Shown piece by piece: positions 40,811 through 52,915 of a stretch of DNA of 64,000 nt. Made by a program: the position numbers and the translations under genes. The stretch lies in assembly GCF_009914755.1 (NCBI RefSeq), contig NC_060934.1; one strand, written 5' to 3'. The stretch is from the human T2T-CHM13v2.0 reference genome, Homo sapiens. The notes beneath the pieces were generated by a model. It was not told the origin of the DNA and ran no database searches. It was given only the letters and a program-made list of their open reading frames with translations. Each line of letters begins with the position of its first letter. Position 1 is the stretch's first letter.

Positions 40811-40914
40811 GACAGATTTTTAAGATTGTGCCAGCTATTAAAGAGAACTAATCAGCTCCCCTCTAAATGTGATCTAGACAAACTTGGAGAAAATGACACT
40901 GTAGTTGATTTGAA

Positions 40915-41890
40915 TGTGTTCCCACCTAATTTCTCTTAATGGTAATATCTTGTGTAAATATAGTACAGTATCACAACCATGAAATTGATGGATATAATTT
41001 TTGGCCTTAATCAGAATTCATCACTTTTACATGCACTCGTGTGTGTGTGTGTGTGTGCACATGCATGTGTGCATGTTTAGGTCTATGCGATTTTCTCTCT
41101 TGTGTAGATTCATGTGATTACCACCACAGTCAAGATACAAAAGAGTTCCTCGTGATGTCCTTTAACAGCCATAGCTACTTCCTTGCTCCCCTTCCTAATC
41201 TATAGAAATCACTGAATTCTTCTTTATCTCTATAATTTGGTCATTTCAAGAAGATCACAGGTGTGTCCAATCTTTTGGCATCCCTGGGCCACACTGGAAG
41301 AAGAATTGTCTTGGGCCACACATAAAATACACTAATGATACCTGATGAGCTAATAAAATAAAATAAAATTTCTCATAATGTTTTAAGAAAGTTTACAAAT
41401 TTGGGTTGGGCCACATTCAAAGCTGTAAAGCTGTCCTGGACCACATGCAGTCCATGGGCTGTGGGTTGGAAAGCTTGGGTTAAAGAACTGGAGTCATTTC
41501 TTATGTAACCATTTGAGATAGACTTCGTTTTCACTCAGCATAATTTCCTAGAGACCTATCCAAGAGGTCTTGCACATTTCAATGTACCGATGAATATTCA
41601 GTACATTCTTACATGTATCAATTTTTAATAGCTCTTTCCATGTCACTGTTGAGGAGTATTTAATGGCATGAATAAATGTATATTCAGTTAAACACAGTTT
41701 TACCAGTAAAACACTGAAAGACATAGAGGTTGTTTCCAATTTTAACTGTTATAAATAAAGTGACTATCAATAGTCACATATAGTTTATGTGTGAATATCA
41801 GTTTTATTTTATTTGAAATAAATGCCCCAGATTGTAGTTGTTAGATCATGTGGTAAGTGTATGTTTTGTTTAGCTTCATTAGAAATTGAC
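40915..41890 (-). mobile_element. L1MC 3' end interrupted by MER30
   Basis: AATGGTAATATCTTG...TATAGTACAGTATCACAACC...ACCACCACAGTCAAGATACA...TTTTCACTCAGCATAATT. Confidence 0.85.
41258..41477 (+). mobile_element. MER30 (hAT-Charlie)
   Basis: CAGGTGTGTCCAATCTTTTGGCATCCCTGGGCCACACTGGAAGAAGAATTGTCTTGGGCCACACATAAAATAC...GGGTTGGAAAGCTTG. Confidence 0.93.
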
Positions 41891-41965
41891 AGTTATGTAC
41901 AGTAAGAACACTGACCCACTATCTTTACATTTTCTAGTAACACAATATATCATCATTAGCTATAG

Positions 41966-42706
<741 letters not shown>

Positions 42707-43566
42707 TTATTCCTCATATCTAAGTCATTACATATTCTTTTTTAGTGGATATAGAATTCTGGCTTCACAGTTCTTTTCTGTCAGCACTTTAAAAATGTCT
42801 TCTGGTTTCCATGGTTTCTTCTGAGAAATGTACAGTCATTGAGTCATTGTTCTTTCGTATATAATGTATTTTTTTTCTGGATGTTTACAACATTTATTTA
42901 TATATCTCTGGTCTTTAGCAGTTTTATTGTGATGCCATGGGCATATGTTTCTTTGGATTTCCCTTGTTTGGTTTTCACAGAGGCACATGGCTATATTATT
43001 TTGTGTCTTTTGCCTAATTAGAAAGTTTTCAGGCTCATGTCTTCAATTTTTTTCTGTTCCATAATATTTATCCTTCTTTTCTGAGATAGTCATGGAATGA
43101 ATGTTAGACCTTTTGATATTGTCCTCACAGATTCCTAAAGTTGTGCTAAATTTCCATGCAGTGTTTTTCCCTAGTCCTATAGATTAAAAGATTTCTATTG
43201 ATGTATTTTCAAGTTCACACATTCTGCCCTCTTTTGTCTCCCTTCTGCTATTGAGCCCTGTATTTTTAATAAATTAAAAATAGAATACAATACAAAATAT
43301 ACAATTTTTTGTCAATTATAAATTTTTTGTCAATTATAAATTTTTCAATTGGTTCTTTAAAAAAATTATCTTATTTGTCTGCCAAGATTTTCTGTCTTTC
43401 CATGTGTTTCAACATGTTTTGCCATGTCTTCTTGGAGCATAATTATAGTTATTCCTTTAAAGTTATGGTCCAGTAATTTCAACATTTTTTTCTTCTCAGG
43501 TTTGACATCTGTTGATTTTCTTTTTCCTTGAAAATGTGTCAGACTTCCTCAATTCTTTGTAAGTTG

Positions 43567-44288
43567 TGTTAGCCAGAATAGAAGATGGCCCACCATGCAC
43601 CCCAGGGACAGACTTAACTCATTGTTTAGTTCCTTCCCACAGTAGGAACAATATGTTTAACCAGCAGTTTGCAGCAGGTTTGATGTATGTTATTTCTAAA
43701 GTGAAGTTATAACAAGACCCTGTGGTTTCTATGTTGGACACTGTCCTTCTCCTTTCCCCTTGGATCATTCACTCTGTGGAATGCACTTGTCTTGTCATGA
43801 GCAGCTCTATAACAAGGAGCTGGAGCTTTCTGCAAATAACCTTGTGAGTGAGCATGATCTTCCCACATTAATCTTTCAGATAATGGCAACCTAGCTGATA
43901 TGGTTTGGGTGTGTTCACACCCAAATCTCATCTTGAATTATAACTCCCACAATTCCTACATGTCATGGGAGGAACCCAGTGGGAGGTGATTGCATTATGG
44001 GGGAGGGTCTTTCCTGCGCTGTTCTCATGAGAGAGAATGAGTACCACGAGATATATGGTTTTAAAAAGGGGAGTTCCCCTGCACAAGCTCTCTTCTCTTG
44101 TTTGCCGCAATCTGAGACATGCCTTTCACCTTCCGCCATGACTGTGAGGCTTCCCCAGCCATGTGGAACTGTAAGCCCAACAAACTCTTTCTTTTGTAAA
44201 TTGCCCAGTCTTGAGTACATCTTTATCAGCAGCATGAAAACAGACTTATACACTAGATGATAGATTCATGAGAAACTCATGAGATACT
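43567..44288 (+). mobile_element. MLT1F-like LTR interrupted by THE1
   Basis: AAGATGGCCC...TTGGATCATTCACTCTG...TGAGCAGCTCTAT...TGTGAGTGAGC...CTTTCAGAT, resumes ...ACTCATGAGA. Confidence 0.72.
43896..44252 (+). mobile_element. THE1A/B solo LTR
   Basis: TGATATGGTTTGG...GACTTATACA; TSD CTAGC (43891-43895) / CTAGA (44253-44257). Confidence 0.95.
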
Positions 44289-45600
44289 TCCCATTGTATC
44301 CTATCAGTAGTTCCCTTTCCACTCCTTAGATTAGAAAGAGAAGGCTTCATCTGGAGTTACTTACTCATGTCTGTACCCAGTGAATAGCTCTAGGATTTAT
44401 CCTGTCAAGAGTCAAAGCTAGGAGATATGGAAGGGGTGGAGAAACTCATCATCAGATCATTTGTACTTTAAATACTTGTTTCTTACCCAACATGCCTACT
44501 GTCTCTTACTTCTTAGAGTACTGAAATACGGACTGCATGCATTTTCTTCGTAAATTTTAGTTGAAATTAGTGACAATAGTAGGGTGAAGTGGGCTTTTTC
44601 CATCTTTCCTGGAAGTAGATATAAGATTTTGTTTAGTTGGTTGCTTTGGTTTGTTTGATTCCTGCTTTGTTTTTTATAATAGAGTGATAACTTTATGAAT
44701 AAGACCAATAAAGTAAAACATAAGCAATTCTGCTGACTTATTTTTATATTTATTTGTAGAAAATTATAAATATTATAAACAGTTGTTCCCAAACAATAAT
44801 AAATTTGAATCCATAATGAAACTATTAACATTCCTATGTACCCTGGATAATAAAATGTTTCTTTTTTACTTCTCTAGATTATGAGAGAAATTATAATGTG
44901 TTTACAACCCTCAGATATCTGATAGGTACCTGAGAGATTTTTCATAGCAAACTTCAATAAATTGTAACACTCTTATAAGCTAACTATAGTAGGCTGAAAG
45001 AAAATACTTCGACAGAAGTTAACAAACCATTTTTAGGATGCATAGACAATTAATGTAGAATGTTCACTAAGTTCTGACAAAATAATCCTTAGCAATAATA
45101 TTGATTTAATAAGGTTTATATAGCAATCTTTTTACCTATGTAGCTCAGAAGTACTGTAGCAGCTGACATCTACTCAATTAGTTTCGATTTTACCTGGCAG
45201 AAGCCTAAATGCGGAATTTGGCACTTAAAAAATTTCTAAAATGTATCTATTTTCTCAAAAGTGTTCAGTTATTGTTTTTAATGGGTGTTTGCATGTGTGT
45301 GTGTTTCATTTGTTTGCGTGTGTGTGTGTGTGTGTGTGTTTCACTTGCTTGGTTCTATAGAAAATTTAATAGGAGAGTTAGAGGTAGGGTGTTTATTTTT
45401 AACATTTTATATGTCCTTTCACCCCTCCATTCTCTGGGATTATGGGATTACGGGATTCTGGGGAAGTGAGGTCTACATCATCTTCCACATATCACTCAGG
45501 GTTTGTGAGGTTTTCCCCTCTTCTTCCTTCCCTCTCCCATATTTTCTCATTTGGAGCTTTTATAGTCTTACCTTTAAAAAAATGCATGAATAGTTTCCAC

Positions 45601-46294
45601 TGTTAAAATAAATCTTTAAACAAAATAAATTTAACAGAGTTAATTTGAGCATTAAAGAATTGATGATAAAGCAGCACTCAAACTGGAAGAAGTGGCCAGA
45701 TGCCTCGGCTCACACATGTAATCCTAGAACTTTGTGGGGCTGAGGCAGGAGAATCTCTTGAGCCCAGGAGTTTGAGACCAGCCTAGGAAACATAGGGAGG
45801 CCCCACCTCGCCACATAATAAAAAAGTTAGTTGGACATGGTGCTGCGTGCCTGGAGTCCCTGCTACTTGGGAGGCTGAGGTGGGAAGGTAACTTGGGCTC
45901 AGAAAGTCAAGACTGAAGTGAGCCATGATCATGCCACTGTACCTCAGCCTGGGCAAAATAGTGAGACCCTCTCTCAAGAAAACAAAACAAAACAAAACAA
46001 ACAAAAGACAAAAACAAACAAAAAAAAGAGGTTCAGAGATTTCTATTTTAACATAATGAGCAGAAGGCTTTCATAGGTTGAACACAGAAGCAAAGGAAAC
46101 ATTTGATTGGCTACAGCTAGGTGTTTGCCTTATTTGGGCTGGATCCAGCAGGAAGTCCCTAGTTAGAGAAAAGTGGACAGTTTCTGATTGGTTAAGCTTA
46201 AGTTTTGTTTTACTATTTACCTCAGACTTTAGTTTTCCTACCTAGGAACCCAACACATTGGAGCAATCTGAGCCTTTAAATTAATTTTTTAACA
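45601..46294 (-). mobile_element. ERV1 solo LTR of the MER93/MER57 group, interrupted by an Alu
   Basis: TGTTAAAA...AAATTTAACAGAGTTAATTTGAGCA...GATTGGCTACAG...TTTGCCTTATTTG...TTTAACA. Confidence 0.72.
45694..46025 (+). mobile_element. AluJ
   Basis: Dimeric Alu with (AAAAC)n tail; TSD AAGAAGT / AAGAGGT. Confidence 0.92.
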
Positions 46295-49200
46295 CTGTTT
46301 ATCTACTTATTTCTTCCAAATACAGGATTTCTCAAGAGTAATTTAAGTGTAAAAAATCTCTGGCCTCCCATTACACACACGCTTTTCTTTTGACAGATAA
46401 ATATTAAAACTACTTAATCCTTTAGTTTTTGCTGTATTTATCAATTATGACTTATAATAGGATGGTCCAATAATAATGTTATTAAGTATAGTGCAAAAAT
46501 ACCTTAGGGATTAAATCTTAAAGCAATAAAGACAGAATGATATTTATTCTCATTCTCTCTCACTCTCCATTTTATTTTTATGAATAGACATAGTTTTTGT
46601 CAATGATTTCATGTAATCAACAATGGCAAGGAACCAATTTTCAGTGTACACATAACATCATTTTATATTGTTTATAAATAATTATTTTTCTTAGCATTGC
46701 CCTAACATAGGCATGTGAGCATAAATGCATACACTACAAATATACACACAGCCTCTCAACTGGGTTTATTTTGTAAATTAAAAATAACCACATATAAAGA
46801 CCCCTGAGCTGAATTTTCTTATAAATCACTTAAAGTTATTCTGGAAGCCTAAGAAACTCTGACACTCTAGGTGATCTTAAAATATGCCTGCATTTAAGTT
46901 TGATTGCTCTATCTGTAGAACAACTATCTCTTAGAGTCACTGAAATGTGTCTATGTCTGTTAAAGTACACAGTCTGAAATCTTAGAGTTACTTGCCATTA
47001 TTTATAATTTGTGAAATGGACAGCTAATAATATCTATAACACTGGTAGTTCTAAGAATAATGCCATATCTACACAGTAAGACTTAATGAGTATTGGCTGA
47101 AAGCCCTTTAAGTAAGTATAATGTACTTTTTCCATTGCTACGAATAACTCCTAAGAAAATGACACTCTTTTGACACTTGAATCAGCTGTAGCTCACTGAA
47201 TGCTTTACTGAAACCATACAAGTGTATTTTTTATATGTAAGCAGAAAACTACAGGTTGCGTAAGAAGAATATGTGTTGAGATCATTAATTGAGAAAGCAG
47301 ACAATTTTTTTATTCTTTTGGTGGTTATAATAACCAAAGTGTCTTTATAAAATCATTTATTACTTATTATGCAGCTTGGATAGTCCTGATCTCATTTTTG
47401 GGACCAAAAAAAAAAAAAAAAAAAAAAAAACCCCAGCAAGAACATTGAAACATGATCATAGTCAGAAGGTCAATTCCTTTTCTTATCCTCAGTTTCAGTT
47501 TTTCAGTTTCTATTCATATTTCTCACAGCACCAAATCTCTCTGTAACCTTATCAACTAAAGCAAGTATAGGATATTGACACAGAGACTTCTTACTGCCTA
47601 GAGTTCTCAGTAGGAAATCCAGCATTTCAGCTAAAACATAAAATTGTTCATAATGCTAGGTAAGTAGTTTCTGCACACTTTTAAGGGTAATTTCACCTCT
47701 ATCAAGCACCTGGCTCTCTAACTCAAATAAAATTAAAATTTATCACAGGTCTCTGAATATATGAGCCAGATAGAAATCAACAAAGTGTATATTGAGTACC
47801 TACAGTTGGCAAGACTAGATGCTATTAATAAGTATAAAAACAAAAAAGTACCCTTGGTCACAGTGGTGCAAGAGCATTTATCCAAGAGTGACAATGGAAC
47901 AGATTAACTAGTATTTTATTTTGCACCGTACTAAATAAATTAAATGCACCAGACTATACAAATACATTAACTAAAAATATAATCTAAAATGCAACAGAAT
48001 ATCCTATAATTCCTGTGTTTTTTAACCACAGATTAATTCCTAAAGTTTTACTTTGATACCTACAAATTTAAAGTTAGCAGCCACCTATATTAAGACTTCT
48101 TCCACAGGCATGTGAGATCATATTATCTAATGCCTTGCCTTACTTATTCAACAGTCATGCCTCATAACCCAGAATAAACATGTAATTGGTCAGCCAATTG
48201 TGTACAATTTTCAGAATGAAAAAAAGAATATTAATACTTCCATTAGGAAAACAGATGTAAAGAGGGTCTGTCCTGGACTGAGACACATGCTTATTCCAAT
48301 GAACTGGTCTATCTTTGGCTAGAAAGCAAAATGGTCAAGTAATGGCAATAGCTTGAAAAAAAATCAGGGACCATCCATCAAATTATATAACCTAAATTTT
48401 AAATGATCACAGAAAATAACTTGAACATATTTCAAATGTTTAGCATTTTTAAAAGATCTGATATCCACTTGTAGGGAGAGTCTGTAAGTAACCAAAGAAC
48501 CTCAAAAATCTAGACTATTCCTTAAATCTCATGCACATTAAGCTTCTCATTGTCTGTTTGAAATAAATGGGGAGGACACAGAGGCCTTCACATAATCACT
48601 AAATGACAAAGAACAGATGTGAACCATTTACGGGTAAATGTGCACACTGGCAAAGAAAAAACACAATAAAACAGCATGCATTGAACCAACCAGATTGGCT
48701 TTTAAATGACTCATACTTGTGTGATTGCTAAAGACAGCAAAAAAAATTAAAAAGCTCACTTGACTAGGGCTAATACACTTCAGTTACTTTAAATTAACCA
48801 CTAATCATGCCTTTTTCTTGTGCATTTCTTTTTGACAGCCAAATTGAAATATGCCTTTTTCTGAATTTATAAGAACAAAAACAACTAATGAATCGCCTGT
48901 TAGGTCATTATTGGTTTTGCAACCAACTGTTCTTCTGGATAAAAGTACCCTTTCTTAATTATAAACTGTCTATTCAGAATCGCTTCTGAAGTTCAGAGTC
49001 CTAATTAATGTTATATTTAGTGATCCTTACAAATTGCTTCTTGTTTTATGTTAGTATCCTTTTTATATTTTGAAATAAAGCAGGAATCATCTCTTTAAAG
49101 TAAATCATAAGTGTACCTTTAAGCCACAGTTGCTGAGCAGGCCAACTCTCTTTCTTCCGATTATCTTCAAACTCACCTCTACTATGGTTCACACTATCCC

Positions 49201-49626
49201 TAACATATAATCCATCCAATTGACTCACTCTGCAGTAGCATAGCTATTACTTCTCATGCCAAACATAGGTATTGGTGCCCAATTATATTATCACTTCTTG
49301 AAAGCAAAATCAGGTCCTGACAAATGGCCTGTAACTTTGAGGTTGCATCTGAATTTGGGTGTGTGACAACAGAGAAAAGCTAGTAGCTCATTTTTTTGAT
49401 TTACGAAAATGAAGACAAGGCCAATCTTTTCATGAGTTTCTATTGTTTTGTTGCATCATAGTTTTAGCATGGTTTCAAATTTCATGTAAGAGGGTAAAAT
49501 ATAGCCATGTAAAACAATTTAAGGAAAGGACAATTTTTAAAGATAGGATAGAGATACGGAGAGTATAGATTAAAAGGATGAGAAATTAAACTCAGAGAAG
49601 TTAATTATAGGGAGACTACTACAGAC

Positions 49627-49810
49627 TGATTATTCTCAAATGTGATCTCATACCAGCACAAATTACCACATTTCTGGCAACTTGCTAAAATTAAAATTCT
49701 TGAGCCTTACCCCAAACTTCAGAATCAGAAATTCGTGGAGGGGCCTTATAATCACTTTTAAAAGCCCTCTAGCTGATTCTGAAGGATGCTAAAAATTTCA
49801 GAACCACTGC
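49627..49810 (+). mobile_element. MER5A (hAT-Charlie)
   Basis: TTCTCAAA...GAATCAGAAA...AAGCCCTC...TGATTCTGA...AGAACCACTG. Confidence 0.85.
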
Positions 49811-49815
49811 AATAG

Positions 49816-50206
49816 TGATATGATTTGGCTCTGTGTCCTCACCCAAATCTCATGTTGAATTGTAATCCCCACTGTTGAAGGAGGGAACTGAGGGAAGTTG
49901 ATTGGATCATGGGGGCCGAATTTCTCACCTTGCTGTTCTTGTGATACTGAATGAGTGCTCAAAAGATCTGGTTGTTTGAAAGTGTGTAGCACTTCCCCCA
50001 TCACTCTCTCTCTCTCTCTTTCTCTCCCATGGTAAAGACATGCTTGCTTCCCCTTCACCCTTACACCATGATTGTATGTTTCCTGAAGCCTCCCAGCCAT
50101 GTTTCCTGTATAGCCTGCAGAGCTGTGAGTCAATTAAACCTCTTTTCTTCATAAATTACCCAGTCTCAGGTAGTTTTTTATAGCTGTGTGAAAATGGAGT
50201 AATACA
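49816..50206 (+). mobile_element. MSTA-like solo LTR (MaLR)
   Basis: TGATATGATTTGGCTCTGTGTCC...TATAGCCTGCAGAGCTGTGAG...TAATACA; TSD AATAG / AACAG. Confidence 0.93.
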
Positions 50207-50519
50207 AACAGATATGTAGTTTTCAATCCAAATAAATGGAAAAAAATTTAATCAGTTACTAAGTAATATGTTTTAATATCTTAAGGAAGTATGTAGGTAA
50301 AGGTGGTAAAAAAGTAAATTCATGTTTACATTAAGATTTTTTAAAGTCCAAGGTAATTTCTCTAAATAGAAAGTTGCATTGCTCAACTTCAAACAGATTC
50401 ATACAAGTGAGCTGGAAGCATAGAAATTTAGATATTTTAAAGAAGAATAATTTGAACAATCATCAGCTAATTGTTTCAATTAAATAAAATCACAATAGAA
50501 ACTTAATATAATCATCCCA

Positions 50520-50680
50520 TCCATGCTCCCATTTGATCTTCATAACAAACCTGGAAAATGTATAGGGCACATATTTATTATTTTTCTACACTTATAGAGA
50601 AATGCATTTACTCAAGATTCTCTAGCTCTTAAATGTCCAAGCTCTGAAACCACACATTTCTCATTTTAATTCAAGTTTTC
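50520..50680 (-). mobile_element. MIR fragment
   Basis: CCATTTGATCTTCATAACAAACCT...TTTACTCAAGA..CTAGCT. Confidence 0.55.
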
Positions 50681-52066
50681 TTCCTCTTGTTTCCACCTGC
50701 ACACCCACCCATATGGCAGGCACCATGCTAAGAACTTAGTTTTTGCATAGGAGAAATATGGGGTAAAATCTTTCACTCTTTTGTAGAAAATATTAAACTG
50801 GAAATATATACAAAAACTACTTTATAATCCCTTAAAAATCAAAAAACCAAAGGATATCTTCAAGATTATTACAACCCAGTTAGGTCAGTAATATTTAGAC
50901 ACATAGACATGTATGAACAGTGTGCATGAGGGAAAATAGTCAAAGCTGTATGTATTCTAGAGAATGATGCTAAGTAGAATCAGAGCAAGAGGAGGCTTTT
51001 CACATGCTTCATCCAAATTCCAAATCCCTCATGATGAGGCAAAGCCAAACTTAAGCCAAATTGATAATGTGTCATTATACCTGTGCTCATGCAGCTCTCC
51101 TTCCAAAATCTTCAACCACTTCTCTCATATCACCAGGGCCTCTTATGAAGATGCCCTTCTGACACATCATTTCTGTAATACATAGTCTTCTCCCAAGACT
51201 TTGAGAGTACTAGACAAGCAATGGATTTAAACCAAGTTGGAACATAATGAGTAAACATATATCCACGTAAAAACATTCTATTTATTACATTCTATTTATT
51301 TCTAAAGGATATCAACAAGAAAAAAATTGATAAATAAATGCAGCTAATTTAATACACCATGATATTTTTAGGAGGTTGTAGCCTTTGTGAGTCTAGTGCT
51401 GAGCTAGACATTAAGATTCAAAAAATAATTAAAAATGACTGACCTGAAAGAATTCTTAGTCCAGCAAGAACCAAAGCCATAGAGACAGCAACAAACCTAC
51501 CAGACAGGTTTATCAGGAGACAAATAACTATGTTGAAAATTCTAAAGAAGCAGCAGAAGTAAATTTATGCTATTAAGGGGAAAGCTCCATGACTTAGGAG
51601 TTATGGAACTTTAATCATTTATGTAGCTATATACAAAGATTATTTCAGGCAGCTCTGATACCTTTATTAAAAATACAGGAGTAGAAAAATCCATGGTATC
51701 TTTGGGCACAACAAGGTGAACTACTTAGCTGGAACAAAGTCTTTCCATGGGGGAAAGTATCAATTAAGAATTTGTGCTAGAACGGGCAGATGATAATTCC
51801 TTCTATAAAAATATAGGTGCAAATAGGGATATAATCTCAAAATGGCAGCATTTCCAAGTAATTACTCTAGAAAAATGCAAGAAAGCTGAGTGATATCATA
51901 CCTAGACCTCATTAAAATACAGAAGGACAGTACAGGTAATCTAAAAAAAAATGTCCAGTGCCCAAGGAAAAATAATTTAAGAATGGAGGAAAACATGAGG
52001 CCACCATGTTAGTGCGAGATCAGAGAGGCTCTTATGATAACAACATGAAATAATAGGGAGTGATGC

Positions 52067-52480
52067 TGTTAGGAAAGGTAGACTTGTACATGGAGGCTTC
52101 AGACCCCCACCCAACTACGTAAGAATGAGCTTTGGTCCATGCCTATGTCCTGAATGGTATTGCCTAGGTTTTCTTCTAGGGATTTTATGGTTTCAGGTCT
52201 TACGTTTAAGTCTTTAATCACCTCATTATCAACAGACTAATGCAGGAACAGAAAAGCAAACACTGCACATAAGTGGGAGTTGAACAATGAGAACACATGG
52301 ACACAGGGAGGGGAACATCACACACCGAGGCCGGTGGTGGGGTGGGGGGCTGGGGGAGGGACAGCATTAGGAGAAATATCTAATGTAGATGACAGGTTGA
52401 TGGATGCAGCAAACCACCATGCATGTGTATACCTATGTAACACACCTGCACGTTCTGCACATGTATCCCAGAACTTAAAG

Positions 52481-52520
<40 letters not shown>

Positions 52521-52915
52521 GAATGGGCTTTGGGCTTTGATTCTTCCTTACTAAGAGATACAGTCTGTGCTGGACTTGCTTTGTGTCATATGGCACCTAG
52601 CCAACACCACTGCTGTATTTGTCCCCTGTGAGGAAGGGGTGGAGATTTGGTCTTTTGTTTTTCAGCAGAAGAGGGATGTGTGCAGGCCAATGGCCTTGAG
52701 TCAGCTACTGGGAGAGGCCCTCTGGCCATGGAGGACTGACACCCACTACTAAAGCTGATCTTGCTCTGTTTTTTCTCTATGTGTGTAAAGCTTTGTTCAT
52801 TCCAGTGCTTGACTGAATTATGTTTTCCTTGAGGACTCCATTACCAAGATGCAGTGAGAAGAGGTGTTTGGGCCTCTACTCCTGGTGATAGGCAATAGAT
52901 ATCACTTGCTTGACA
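52067..52915 (+). mobile_element. ERVL-class solo LTR (MER54/MER73/MER74 group; about 450 bp without the L1 insert)
   Basis: TG...CA termini with perfect 5-bp TSD GATGC (52062-52066 / 52916-52920); family name uncertain. Confidence 0.75.
52136..52518 (+). mobile_element. 5'-inverted, truncated L1PA (approx. L1PA6-8)
   Basis: Antisense ORF2 piece 52136-52219, then sense 3' end 52220-52518 with (TAA)n tail; TSD AAGAATG(A/G)GCTTTGG 52121-52135 / 52519-52533. Confidence 0.93.

Larger units (their letters stand above)
42735..44620 (-). mobile_element. Ancient L1M 5'/ORF1 region (pieces about 42735-43565 and 44300-44620)
   Basis: GGATATAGAATTCTGG...CAGCACTTTAAAAATG...TGTTAGACCTTTTGATATTGTC; terminal CCATCTTTCCTGGAAGTAGA. 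Confidence 0.7.
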
